Shown piece after piece: positions 36,761 through 48,800 of a stretch of DNA of 64,000 nt (position 1 is the stretch's first letter; the number at the start of each line of letters is the position of its first letter). The notes below the pieces were generated by a model, which searched no databases, was not told where the DNA came from, and was given only the letters and a program-made list of their open reading frames with translations. Made by a program: the position numbers and the translations under genes. The stretch is from Lytechinus pictus (Eukaryota). Where the stretch lies: assembly GCF_037042905.1 (NCBI RefSeq), contig NC_087253.1, positions 8,804,001-8,868,000 on the forward strand. The letters run 5' to 3'.

Positions 36761-37352
36761 CAGTTGTTGATGGCAACATCGTGGTAGTATTCATGTCCAC
36801 TGTGGCCATGGTGGGGGATGTTGTATTGTCGGGTTCTGTAGTATTACTGTTTATTGTGGTCATGATGGAAGTAGGGGTTGTGACATTCATGGTAACACCT
36901 GTTGTAGAACTCCCTGAATCTGTGGTAGCGGTGGTATCTGAATCCGTTGCGTTATTTGTTGCGGTGAACTCTGCGTCAGTGGTTGATGTAGGAGTTGTTT
37001 CATTCATGGTACCATCTGTTGTAGAACTCCCTGAATCTGTGGTAGTGGTGGTATCTGTGGTAGTGGTATCCGTTGCGTTATATGTTGTGAAGGACCCAGC
37101 GTCAGTGGTATTCGATGTTGTCATGATTTGGGTAGATGTTGTCGAGGAGTATGTGGATGAAGACTCCATGCCAGACGTTGGGATAGGAGACATTGTTTCT
37201 GTTGTGTCGACAGTAGCATCCATTGTTGATGGAGAAGTGTTAGTACCATTTGTAGGCATGTCAGTTGTGGTTGTTGCCGCGATATCCAACGAAGAATATG
37301 ATACGATTAAAACTAGGACAGCCACCCGCCTTGCAATCCGGCAGCTAACCAT
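36761..37352 (-). CDS. Mucin-like first coding exon, copy 3
   Basis: Same translation and splice sites as copy 1. Confidence 0.7.
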
Positions 37353-38007
37353 GGTGGTGGACTTTCCTCAATCTATAAAGCAATCAAAGATTTTAAAACA
37401 ATGAACTAAGTTGTATTTTTTTTAATAACATAACGATTTAAGAAGCATGCAAAGGTTGCCACTATAAGCTCAGCTTTACTGCGTGGCAACCCCGGAAAAC
37501 AATATCAAATTATATTTAATAATGCTGTCTTAAAGTAAGAGTGCAGATGTATACAACCGCGTAGCCAGGATTTCATTTTGGAGGAGGCGGTAAATGGACG
37601 CGAAGCGTGCCAACACTTACAGAGCGCGCGAAGCGCGCTCCCTAGGTGGTGGGTGCAGGGAGAAGCTTTTGGTGTTTTGGTGTTTCATAAATTAAAATGA
37701 AAAGGAGCCGTCTCTCTTGTCTCTAGTACCTATATCAGCTCCAATTCAGTTGATTATATTGTTATTTTGAACCTTGTTTTCATGAACCTTGTATTAAAAA
37801 AAAAATTGTGAACGCACAAAAAATGAATACAATGGAGGAAATTAAAATAATAATAACCCCGCGCGAAGCGCGGAAGCTTTAGCGTTTTATCAAATTTTTT
37901 GCCATGAAAAGGGTCCCGAGAAAAGGGTATTCTCAAACATAAATTATATTGAGTACTTCCCCTGGAAAGATCAGATTTGATTACAAACAATTTAGCGACA
38001 GTGCATA

Positions 38008-38203
38008 CACTCTTAAAAATGTTGGGCAACATACGGTCCACACAACAATTGGTTAAAACTTTATCCAATTCTGGGTAGTTTTACACCAATACTGTGTAGT
38101 TTTCACCCAAAGCACACATTATTGGTGTAAAACTACCCAGAATTGGATAAAGTTTTAACCAATTGTTGTGTGGACCGTATGTTGCCCAACATTTTTAAGA
38201 GTG
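38008..38203. mobile_element. 196-bp foldback MITE with CACT...AGTG ends and TA TSD (array copy 3)
   Basis: 84-bp perfect TIRs; the empty site GTGCATATCTTT is seen in copies 1-2. Confidence 0.93.
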
Positions 38204-39080
38204 TATCTTTAACTCGCAAAACAGAGGAGGAGAAGTGTATATGCCGGGGGAAGATATTCCTCCCCGCGCAGAGCAACGAAACTCTGAAATTTCAAAGGGC
38301 GGACGTTTCATCAAATGCAGATATCTCCAATACCCCATCGGCTCTGATTTAATTAATTTTCTAAGATTATTGAACTTCATTACACGGAAAATAGTGCGCA
38401 AAAAGTTGAAACTTCTGTGATTTATTGAAATTATATAAAAAAGGATGCCTAATTTCTTTGACTTATCCTGAAGCGCTTCATTTTGAATTATAAAGAAACT
38501 TAAAAGACATTCAACATTTCAAACTGAAGGCGAAAAACAGGACATGAGATGAATGCGCAGGGACATGAAGTTTAATAGAATTTGATAAAGAATATTGTAC
38601 TTTTTTATTTAATACGACACAAATTTTATACCTTCCTCTTTTTAAATTAGGAACCTGTTTGCCCCAAAATTATGGTTGTTTAGTAATGAGTTGAAAAGCG
38701 GAAGAAGTTGCCTTCATGGAGGTGACGGCAGAAATTGATATAAATATTTTACCCGCCCGGAGCCGACCCGACCAGAAGTTGCGCGATCAATACAAAAAAA
38801 GATAACTTCATATACTTGGGCCTAACCTTACTCTAATTCTATGCCCTAATGTATACATTTGAACTTTAACTGGCAAGAAAAACATATTGCTGAGGTGGGC
38901 TGAGCCTTACTTACACTAACTTCCCTTTGTGTCTGCCTACTCCTTTTCTTTCATCCCCTTCACTAACCTGATTGGTCTTCTCTACTCACTAATGCCCATT
39001 TTGTCTCCTTGTTTCTAGTGTTGCTGTAGCTTGTTTGTGGTCTATATTATGGTTGTTCCACTTTCTATGTTTGTCATTTT

Positions 39081-39119
39081 GCCTCCGACGAAGATTCTGC
39101 TAGGATCGAAAGCTTAGGC
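39081..39119 (+). ncRNA. Hammerhead-like motif, junction 3
   Basis: Identical to 31613..31651. Confidence 0.6.
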
Positions 39120-40593
39120 CCCTTTTTGACTTTATAATAATCACAAACACGTTCAATTTATATAAGAGCTGACGCAGCAGGCAAAAAACATGATCATAGA
39201 AGATGTGAAAACATTGTGATCAAAATACAAATTGGTTGAATAGACACATGGAATTATTTGAACCAGTGTTTCCACTTTGAAGGAAATTTCCCGAAATCCG
39301 GATCATTTTCAGGTAATTTTCGGGGAAATTAACAAATTCTAGGAAATTCCGGGAAATCAGAAAATTACAATCAAACGTAGCAACTTTCAATATTCATGTA
39401 AAAAAAATGTTTGCCTTATACGTAGCTCAAAATTTTCTGCTCGCGCTCCGCGCTCACATTTTGTAATTTTGCTATTTCCAATTAAAAAGTGCATTTAACA
39501 AAAAAGGTTAAATTCCTTGATTTTGGTCACTTGGACCAAGTTTTGGCTCGCTTTGCTATTGCCCGATTTTTCTTTAAAAAATAAAGTTTCAAAATTCCGG
39601 GAAATGTCTATGAATTTCAGGAAATTTGAGATTCTGTTTCGAGAAATCTCTTGCTGAATTCCTTGGACTTTATCATACTTTTTCATTTTGTCATTGTAAA
39701 ATTATACATGCTACATGCAGGCGTAAAACATAGGAAACTGCGTGTAAGATTCGTTTTTATTATTATCATAAGCGTCCATCCAGATTCCAGCAAACCGAAT
39801 TGATATTTTATTTAGAATCTAGGATTCGCTCTTATTTTATAAACGTTCACTTAGTTGAACATTGAGGTGTCCAGAAACCAATGAACAGGCCTACCCAGCA
39901 GTATGAAATAAATAAAATATCATAAATAATAGACAAAATAATAAATAAAGACAAACAAACCCAACTCTCCTCACACTTCTACAGATACATGCGCTTAAAA
40001 AAAAATAAGTGATCAAAAGATAGCTAGTTTGTGTTAAAAAAAAAACAATACGAACATGTAACATGACTAGGGAGGATTTGCAAGAAAATATTTGCAATAA
40101 TCTGCAAATTTTCAAGTTATAAGTCAAATTTAACTGAAGCAAATCAATTAATAAAATAGTTATTGATGCAAGAAGTAGACCAGGGCCCCGTCTTACAAAA
40201 ACTTACGATTGATCAGATCAATCTCAAATATATGGAAATCTATCATTGTTTTCTTTAGGAACTTCATTCTATTTTCATTGAAAACAACAAGAAGCATTCC
40301 GATTTGTCAAGAAAACAGTGAATGTGTGAATATACGTCATTTATGTAAAATATTTTGAACCAACAAGTATTTTAGATATTGATGCTGTTGGCTTTCCATA
40401 GTTACGATTGATCAAATCAATCGCAACTCTTTGTAAGACGGGATTCAACATTTCAAGTGCAAATTTACAATTAATTGTAAGACTGAATATGGTTGATTTT
40501 AGGACCAATAATTGACCTGTAATCGATTGCAAATTTCTTGCGAAACCCCATATGAGTTAAAAATTAATTGAAATCAAAGAAACTGCACATTAC

Positions 40594-41185
40594 CAGTTGT
40601 TGATGGCAACATCGTGGTAGTATTCATGTCCACTGTGGCCATGGTGGGGGATGTTGTATTGTCGGGTTCTGTAGTATTACTGTTTATTGTGGTCATGATG
40701 GAAGTAGGGGTTGTGACATTCATGGTAACACCTGTTGTAGAACTCCCTGAATCTGTGGTAGCGGTGGTATCTGAATCCGTTGCGTTATTTGTTGCGGTGA
40801 ACTCTGCGTCAGTGGTTGATGTAGGAGTTGTTTCATTCATGGTACCATCTGTTGTAGAACTCCCTGAATCTGTGGTAGTGGTGGTATCTGTGGTAGTGGT
40901 ATCCGTTGCGTTATATGTTGTGAAGGACCCAGCGTCAGTGGTATTCGATGTTGTCATGATTTGGGTAGATGTTGTCGAGGAGTATGTGGATGAAGACTCC
41001 ATGCCAGACGTTGGGATAGGAGACATTGTTTCTGTTGTGTCGACAGTAGCATCCATTGTTGATGGAGAAGTGTTAGTACCATTTGTAGGCATGTCAGTTG
41101 TGGTTGTTGCCGCGATATCCAACGAAGAATATGATACGATTAAAACTAGGACAGCCACCCGCCTTGCAATCCGGCAGCTAACCAT
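40594..41185 (-). CDS. Mucin-like first coding exon, copy 4
   Basis: Same translation and splice sites as copy 1. Confidence 0.7.
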
Positions 41186-41386
41186 GGTGGTGGACTTTCC
41201 TCAATCTATAAAGCAATCAAAGATTTTAAAACAATGAACTAAGTTGTATTTTTTTTAATAACATAACGATTTAAGAAGCATGCAAAGGTTGCCACTATAA
41301 GCTCAGCTTTACTGCGTGGCAACCCCGGAAAACAATATCAAATTATATTTAATAATGCTGTCTTAAAGTAAGAGTGCAGATGTATA

Positions 41387-43039
41387 CAACCGCGTAGCCA
41401 GGATTTCATTTTGGAGGAGGCGGTAAATGGACGCGAAGCGTGCCAACACTTACAGAGCGCGCGAAGCGCGCTCCCTAGGTGGTGGGTGCAGGGAGAAGCT
41501 TTTGGTGTTTTGGTGTTTCATAAATTAAAATGAAAAGGAGCCGTCTCTCTTGTCTCTAGTACCTATATCAGCTCCAATTCAGTTGATTATATTGTTATTT
41601 TGAACCTTGTTTTCATGAACCTTGTATTAAAAAAAAAATTGTGAACGCACAAAAAATGAATACAATGGAGGAAATTAAAATAATAATAACCCCGCGCGAA
41701 GCGCGGAAGCTTTAGCGTTTTATCAAATTTTTTGCCATGAAAAGGGTCCCGAGAAAAGGGTATTCTCAAACATAAATTATATTGAGTACTTCCCCTGGAA
41801 AGATCAGATTTGATTACAAACAATTTAGCGACAGTGCATACACTCTTAAAAATGTTGGGCAACATACGGTCCACACAACAATTGGTTAAAACTTTATCCA
41901 ATTCTGGGTAGTTTTACACCAATACTGTGTAGTTTTCACCCAAAGCACACATTATTGGTGTAAAACTACCCAGAATTGGATAAAGTTTTAACCAATTGTT
42001 GTGTGGACCGTATGTTGCCCAACATTTTTAAGAGTGTATCTTTAACTCGCAAAACAGAGGAGGAGAAGTGTATATGCCGGGGGAAGATATTCCTCCCCGC
42101 GCAGAGCAACGAAACTCTGAAATTTCAAAGGGCGGACGTTTCATCAAATGCAGATATCTCCAATACCCCATCGGCTCTGATTTAATTAATTTTCTAAGAT
42201 TATTGAACTTCATTACACGGAAAATAGTGCGCAAAAAGTTGAAACTTCTGTGATTTATTGAAATTATATAAAAAAGGATGCCTAATTTCTTTGACTTATC
42301 CTGAAGCGCTTCATTTTGAATTATAAAGAAACTTAAAAGACATTCAACATTTCAAACTGAAGGCGAAAAACAGGACATGAGATGAATGCGCAGGAACATG
42401 AAGTTTAATAGAATTTGATAAAGAATATTGTACTTTTTTATTTAATACGACACAAATTTTATACCTTCCTCTTTTTAAATTAGGAACCTGTTTGCCCCAA
42501 AATTATGGTTGTTTAGTAATGAGCTGAAAAGCGGAAGAAGTTGCCTTCATGGAGGTGACGGCAGAAATTGATATAAATATTTTACCCGCCCGGAGCCGAC
42601 CCGACCAGAAGTTGCGCGATCAATAAAAAAAAAGATAACTTCATATACTTGGGCCTAACCTTACTCTAATTCTATGCCCTAATGTATACATTTGAACTTT
42701 AACTGGCAAGAAAAACATATTGCTGAGGTGGAAAAACAGGGTTAGAGAAAGGTTGGGGGAAACAATGGAGATCTTCAATATTGTCATTAACCGCGCGCAG
42801 CGCGGAAGCAAAACTCATATATAAATTTAGAGCAAGAGTGAAGGAGTTTCTCTTTTGAGAAAAAAAATAAAGAATAAAAAGAAAAAAACCAAAGCTACCT
42901 TTCTTCCCTTTCCTCCCTTCCCTTTTCCTTTTCTCCTCTCTTTTTTTCCCTTCGTTTTTTTTTTTTTTTTTTTTAGGGGGGGGGACTGTTTTTTTTTGGG
43001 GGGGCGACCGCTCCCACCGCCCCCCTGGCTACGCGCCTG
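41387..43039. mobile_element. hAT-like non-autonomous element, complete only in array copy 4
   Basis: CAACCGCGTAGCCAGG / CCTGGCTACGCGCCTG ends; 8-bp TSD GATGTATA (41379-41386, 43040-43047); internal GCGCGAAGCGCG hairpins. Confidence 0.85.
41841..42036. mobile_element. Same 196-bp foldback MITE (array copy 4)
   Basis: Same sequence and position as in copy 3. Confidence 0.93.
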
Positions 43040-43540
43040 GATGTATAATGGGGGGGGGGGGGGCAATAACAATAATAATAACAATAACATCCAATAATGA
43101 TAATAATAATAACGTTAGAATTTGATAATAATAACAGTGATGGTAATAATAAACCACCAAATCCACTCTGTAGTGTGCTAATGAAAAGACACATAGAATC
43201 GAAGTACCATTATCCATTGCTCATGGTTAGTTTCATATACAAAATAAGAAAATAAATTACATGGAGGCTTTGTCAACATGGTTTCCCAAGTTGTAAAATA
43301 TTATTATTATTATTATTATTTATTCGGCAAATAATATTCAAAAAATTAATTTCAATGTAAACAATACAAAATAAGAAATATCAACCAGTGGAACGCCAGG
43401 GACAGAAAAAGTTAACTTAATTACTGTGGCATGAAGCCTCCTGTCTCGATTTCAATGGTTGATTTACAATATATATTAATAACTAAACAATAATGAAATA
43501 CTCATAATTATAAAGGGGTGTAGCATGCGATTAATACTAT

Positions 43541-44352
43541 ACAAATATATAAGGCTTTGAGAAAGTATAGTGGGAATTATTTATCCGAGGTTGGACTGGC
43601 AATTACTATTTTTCCCAAGGGGCGAAGCCCCGAGGGAAAAATAGTTACATTGCCAGTCCAACCGAGGATTAATAATTCCCACTATGCTTTCGAAAGAAAC
43701 GCCTGATATATTTGTTTTATATCCCTCTTTAACTTGTGGGCCTATAGTCCTTGCCGATGTTTAACCGATCTAGGCCAAATCTTATGTTGTTGGACCTCGT
43801 CCTACTCTAAGCCTGTCGAGATAATGCTAGACAGTTCCTGGGTCCGCTGCGCTGCGTTGGCCGTTGCTGCAGTGGCACTCAAAATAAATACGTGCAGTCG
43901 AAATTTATGCTCTAAAATTTAGTATCGGATCTTGACTCACCTTGTTAGGTATGTTTATTCCATATTAAATGATCCTGTATGAATAGCCTTTAGAATTAGA
44001 TTTTCTGCATTGTAATCTAAACCCAATTACACCGTTGTTTTTCAGATTGTCGGTACGGTAATTTGGGCGAGAGCTTGTATTTTACTTTATTTACTTTTTG
44101 CGAATGATCGATATCTGGGTCAAGTCAGGGAGCATGCGCAATTCAAAGTTGAGAGAAAATATCGAGCATGAGCATGCGCAGTTCTGCCCATGAAAGTATA
44201 TCGAAAAATATACGGAGCTACAAGAAAACTATACGGAGCTAATTTCAGCGATGTGTTTTCCTATTGAAATTATACTTTGTCACTTGATCACGAATTGACC
44301 AATCGTTTATCTAGAATACTCATGAATATTCATAAGAGGGATATAATAAAAT
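43541..44352. mobile_element. Non-coding element with a long terminal hairpin and asymmetric inverted repeats (Crypton-like non-autonomous element?)
   Basis: Imperfect ~85-bp-arm hairpin 43541-43715 with apex GCGAAGC; 13-bp inverted repeat 43717-43729 vs 44334-44346. Confidence 0.55.
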
Positions 44353-44910
44353 ATATAAATAAATTTAGTTACTTGTAACTGAAAATGAGTGGAAATGACA
44401 GGGAAAGAGAATAAAGAAAGCTGAATGAAGGTGACAAAAAGAAAGGAAAGGAGAGAGTGGAGAGAGAGAGAGAGGGGTGGGAAAGGAAAATAAAAAGTGA
44501 CACAGGCAAAGGAATTGTGAACGCACCCAAAATGGTACAATAATACTTAAAATACTTAAAATAAGACTTATAAGAACTACGCATATAAATTTATCATTTG
44601 ATAACAATTGATGGGGTTATGACTTTAAAAAGAATATTATAACAAAATGTACGAATAGAGAGAAAAAAACATATCGCTTACTTACCTACTACGAAAATTG
44701 TGTTGGAAGAATCATGCTAATCAACCTCTTAGTGTTAAACCTGCTTGAAAGTGAGATATTGGATTACTGATAAAGGGAAGAAGACAGTAGAAAAATAAAC
44801 TTCAGAAACTGCCATTGATCTCAGAAACATGTGATCCCATAATGAGAAGATGAATTCAGCTTCCTCCTTGAAACAAGTCAATGTTTTAAATTGCTGCAAC
44901 AGGTAGCTAA

Positions 44911-46567
44911 AGCCCCTTTCACAATTGACGTACGACCATTTGCGACCTTTTGGTCGTGCGACAGGCTGCAACAGGCATCAATCGCTAGTCATCTCATAAG
45001 ATCGCACAGAGGCTTTCACAGTTGCAACAGCTGTCGTACAACAAAACAACCAGTAAACCCCGATGCACGAGTAAGTCGCATATACTCTTATTGTGCTCGT
45101 GCGATCACATGCGAGTGTTGCACGAGGGATTGCGAGTGGAACGGTCGCATACATGCGAATGAAACGGTAGTGCAATGTTGTAAGCCGTTGCGATCGGTCT
45201 TGCAACAGTCTTATGGCCCATATTATTATCGCAACCAGTCGCAAGACAGGTCTCTGTACATGTAGGTCGCTTGCACATGTGCAAGTGTTGCACGACCTCC
45301 AGTCAAGTAAATGCGACTACTTAGTTGTGCCACCTCTCGCACCAAGTCGTACAACGTTGAAAGACACTCGCACGATGATCGCCCGACCGATGGTACGACC
45401 CCGGGTACGGTCTGATGCGAGTGAATCGATCGTATTTGATCGTGTTCGGATTTTGAACATGTTCAAAGTTCAGATGTGACCAGTCACGACCACCTCGAGT
45501 TCGTGCGACCGTCTACAACGACTGCGAGTGCTCGCAAGACACCAAGAGATCGATCGTGCAACAACAAGAAAAAACTGTTGCAGGCAGTCGTAAACTGGTC
45601 GGACGTCAATTGTGAAAGGGGCTGAACGGTCGCATACATGCGAATGCAACGGTAGTGGAATGTAGTAAGCCGTAATTTCGATCGGTCTTGCAACAGTCTC
45701 ATATTATCGCACCCAGTCGCAAGACTGGTCTCTGTAGGTCTCCAGCACATGTGCAAGTGTTGTACGACCTCCAGTCGACTAAATGCGACTATACTTAGTT
45801 GTGCCACCTCTCGCACCAAGTCGTACAACGTTGAACAACACTCACACGATGATCGCCCGACCGATGGTACGACCTGTTGCGAGTGAATCAATCGTATTTG
45901 ATCGCGTTTGGATTTTGAACATGTTCAAAGTTCAGATGCGACCAGTCACGATCACCTCCGACCACCTCGAGTTTGTGCGATCGTCTACAACGACTGCGAG
46001 TGCTCGCAAGACACCATGGGATCGATCGTGCAACAACAAGAAAAAACTGTTGCAGGTGGTCGTAAACAGGTCGTACGTCAATTGTGAAAGGGGCTGAACG
46101 GTCGCATACATGCGAATGCAACGGTAGTGGAATGTAGTAAGCCGTAATTTCGATCGGTCTTGCAACAGTCTCATATTATCGCACCCAGTCGCAAGACTGG
46201 TCTCTGTAGGTCTCCAGCACATGTGCAAGTGTTGTACGACCTCCAGTCGACTAAATGCGACTATACTTAGTTGTGCCACCTCTCGCACCAAGTCGTACAA
46301 CGTTGAACAACACTCACACGATGATCGCCCGACCGATGGTACGACCTGTTGCGAGTGAATCAATCGTATTTGATCGCGTTTGGATTTTGAACATGTTCAA
46401 AGTTCAGATGCGACCAGTCACGATCACCTCCGACCACCTCGAGTTTGTGCGATCGTCTACAACGACTGCGAGTGCTCGCAAGACACCATGGGATCGATCG
46501 TGCAACAACAAGAAAAAACTGTTGCAGGTGGTCGTAAACAGGTCGTACGTCAATTGTGAAAGGGGCT
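44911..46567. mobile_element. PIF/Harbinger-like MITE with two extra tandem 472-bp right-end copies
   Basis: TIR AGCCCCTTTCACAATTGACGT; right ends at 45623, 46095 and 46567; flanks TAA / TTA. Confidence 0.8.
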
Positions 46568-47116
46568 TTACAAAACATTATGAGGAAATGGACAAGAATT
46601 TATTCAGCGCCAGTCTACCATTACCATTCTTTACAGAGTCACGATTTATTATTGTTGAAAACGGCTTTTTGTTTCAAAAATTTTCCTATTGAGTGTTTTC
46701 AATGGTTGACATTGTGGCGCTCTTTATGGCACACGATATTTAGTATTTGTCAAGTATGTGTTCCTTGTGCAGTTATTTTTTGTCTGCATGCATGTTCCTT
46801 TACATGAACTTATTTTTACCCAAAATGGAATTTCAGAATTAGGGGGGGGGTGATTTATTTTGAAAGCGCATCTATTTACCCCCCCCCCCACACACACCAA
46901 ACGCTATTTAAAGCACCCGAATTGTTGGCTTAGGGTTCATTTATTGAATTAAATCTTAAAGATTTTACCCGACGTTTTTAGAGGGATCTTTATTTTATTT
47001 TATTCATTTTTTTGCTATTCACGAATGAAAAGTGACAAAATTAATGCAGAAAAATGTCTTGCCAAAGAAAAATAGGTCCTCGGTGGGATTCGATCACACA
47101 AACCGACTCCATTATA

Positions 47117-48153
47117 CACTCGGCAAAAAAAGTTCTTGGACACTTATAAAAGTTAAGATATTCCATATAGATATTTGATTAAAGGTAAATTATTGTATGT
47201 CAACATGACCAGACAATATTCCTCTTCCAGTATGACATGACATTTTCATGTGAACAGTCATGCATTAATGGTTAAACGCTTTAAACAATAGCAATGTCAG
47301 AAAAAGAAAATTCCAAGAAATGCTCAGTCAGTGCATGGCTGGTTACAGGCATTGAACAATAGCAATGTCAGTAAAAGAAAATTGCAAGAAGACGATCAGT
47401 CATTCTTTCAGTTGTGATAGTTTGTGTGGCATTAATATCCATTAAACGATAAAAGCAAACTTAAAGTCAAATACCACTCTAAAAGTAAAGAGAAAGCTAT
47501 CCACCTTGGATGCATCACTATTCCACTGGAATTTTAAGTCAAAGTCAGTCGATTAAAAAAATGTCAAATTTCAGTATCTTGGCATAAGCAAAAGAAAAGT
47601 ATCCTTATCCTCCTATCTTCTGCAGGGGTGGTGGCCCTAGGTCGAACACTCCTAGGGCGGTCTGTAACTTCATCAGTCGCCAAATACCGCTGGTTCAAAT
47701 TTAAAATTGGTGAAACCTGGAAATATCGAGCCACTTGTCTAAATGACTGCCCAGACTGCAACATTCCTATTGCTCTTGCACGCTCTTGGTTGGAAAGCTT
47801 CATCTTGAAAGTGAATGTCCAAAGGATCCATCTCATTATGCATCTCATGATGCATCCCTAAGCATTTAATTCAAATAATAACTACCTGTTGAAGTTGTTG
47901 AATGTATGCCTACAGGATGGCCATGATCATTAGCATTTGAATGGTCCATTTCTTGCAATTTTCTTTTACTGACATTGCTATTGTTTAAAGCATTTAATCA
48001 CCCATTCATGACTGTTCACATGAAAATGTCATGTCATAATGGAAGAGGAATATTGTTTGGTCATGTTGACATACAATAATTTGCCTTTAATCAAATATCT
48101 ATATGGAATATTTAAACTTTTATAAGTGTCCAATAATTTTTTTTTGCCGAGTG
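47117..48153 (-). mobile_element. Internally deleted Tc1-like transposon with long TIRs and a transposase N-terminal (HTH) remnant
   Basis: TA|CACTCGGCAAAAAA ... TTTTTTGCCGAGTG|TA; ORF 47564..47848 contains ERARAIGMLQSG..RQVARYF...DRPRS.RPRATT..EDRRI. Confidence 0.9.
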
Positions 48154-48256
48154 TACAAAAATATATATTTCTATTGGTAGGTTGGAGTCGGTTTTCTTTG
48201 AGGGACCGGAGCATACTTGTTTTGTTTACACCGCAACTGTAAAGACGTATACCAAG

Positions 48257-48800
48257 ATGGCTGAGAAGGACACCAAGAAGGCTCCTAAGAAGAAACCAGT
48301 GACCCATTGAAGGAGCGGAATGGATCTTCGCTCCAGGCAATCAAGAAGTACATCGAGCAGAACTTCGATGTCCAGATGGACCGACAGCTCATTTTCATCA
48401 AGAGGGCTCTGAAGGCTGGTGTGGTGAAGGGCAAACTTACGCAGACAAAGGGTGAAGGTGCTCCGGGGTCATTCAGATTTAATGTGCAAGCAGCCAAGGC
48501 ACAACCAGCGGAGAAGGCCAAGAAGGAGAAAGAGGGCCAAACAGCAAGCACAGCGGGAGAAGGCAAAGGCGAAATCTGCAGCCCAGAAGGAGAAGAAGAA
48601 GAAGGCAGCCGCTAAGAAGGCAAAGGCAGCACCAAAGAAAGTGAAGAAGCCTGCAAAGAAGACTAAGACCACTGAGAAGAAAGAAAAGAAAAAGACACCA
48701 AAGAAGAAAGTCCCTGCCAAGAAGTCGACACCCAAGAAGGCGACAAAGAAGGCAGTAACCAAGAAGCCAAAGGCTTCGAACCCCAAGAAACCCCAAGAAA
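48257..48800 (+). pseudogene. H1: Histone H1 (early-embryonic sea-urchin type) orphon pseudogene
   Basis: [17 protein letters not shown] / [51 protein letters not shown] globular domain and K/A/P-rich tail; frameshifting deletion near 48307, a second frameshift near 48530, 3'-truncated. Confidence 0.92.

Larger units (their letters stand above)
28034..42731. repeat. Tandem array of 4 near-identical copies (starts 28034, 31669, 35304, 39137; periods 3635, 3635, 3833 bp), each containing the mucin start exon
   Basis: Direct comparison of copies; the ORF track repeats at these offsets. Confidence 0.97.

Noticed and set aside
28034-42731. Array as a pure assembly artefact
   Set aside because: The junction-specific spacer, block-wise variants and a MITE in two copies imply real history; exact copy number still needs read support.
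44891-46692. Several 60-145 aa ORFs on both strands
   Set aside because: They lie within MITE tandem units and have no transposase or other recognisable motifs.
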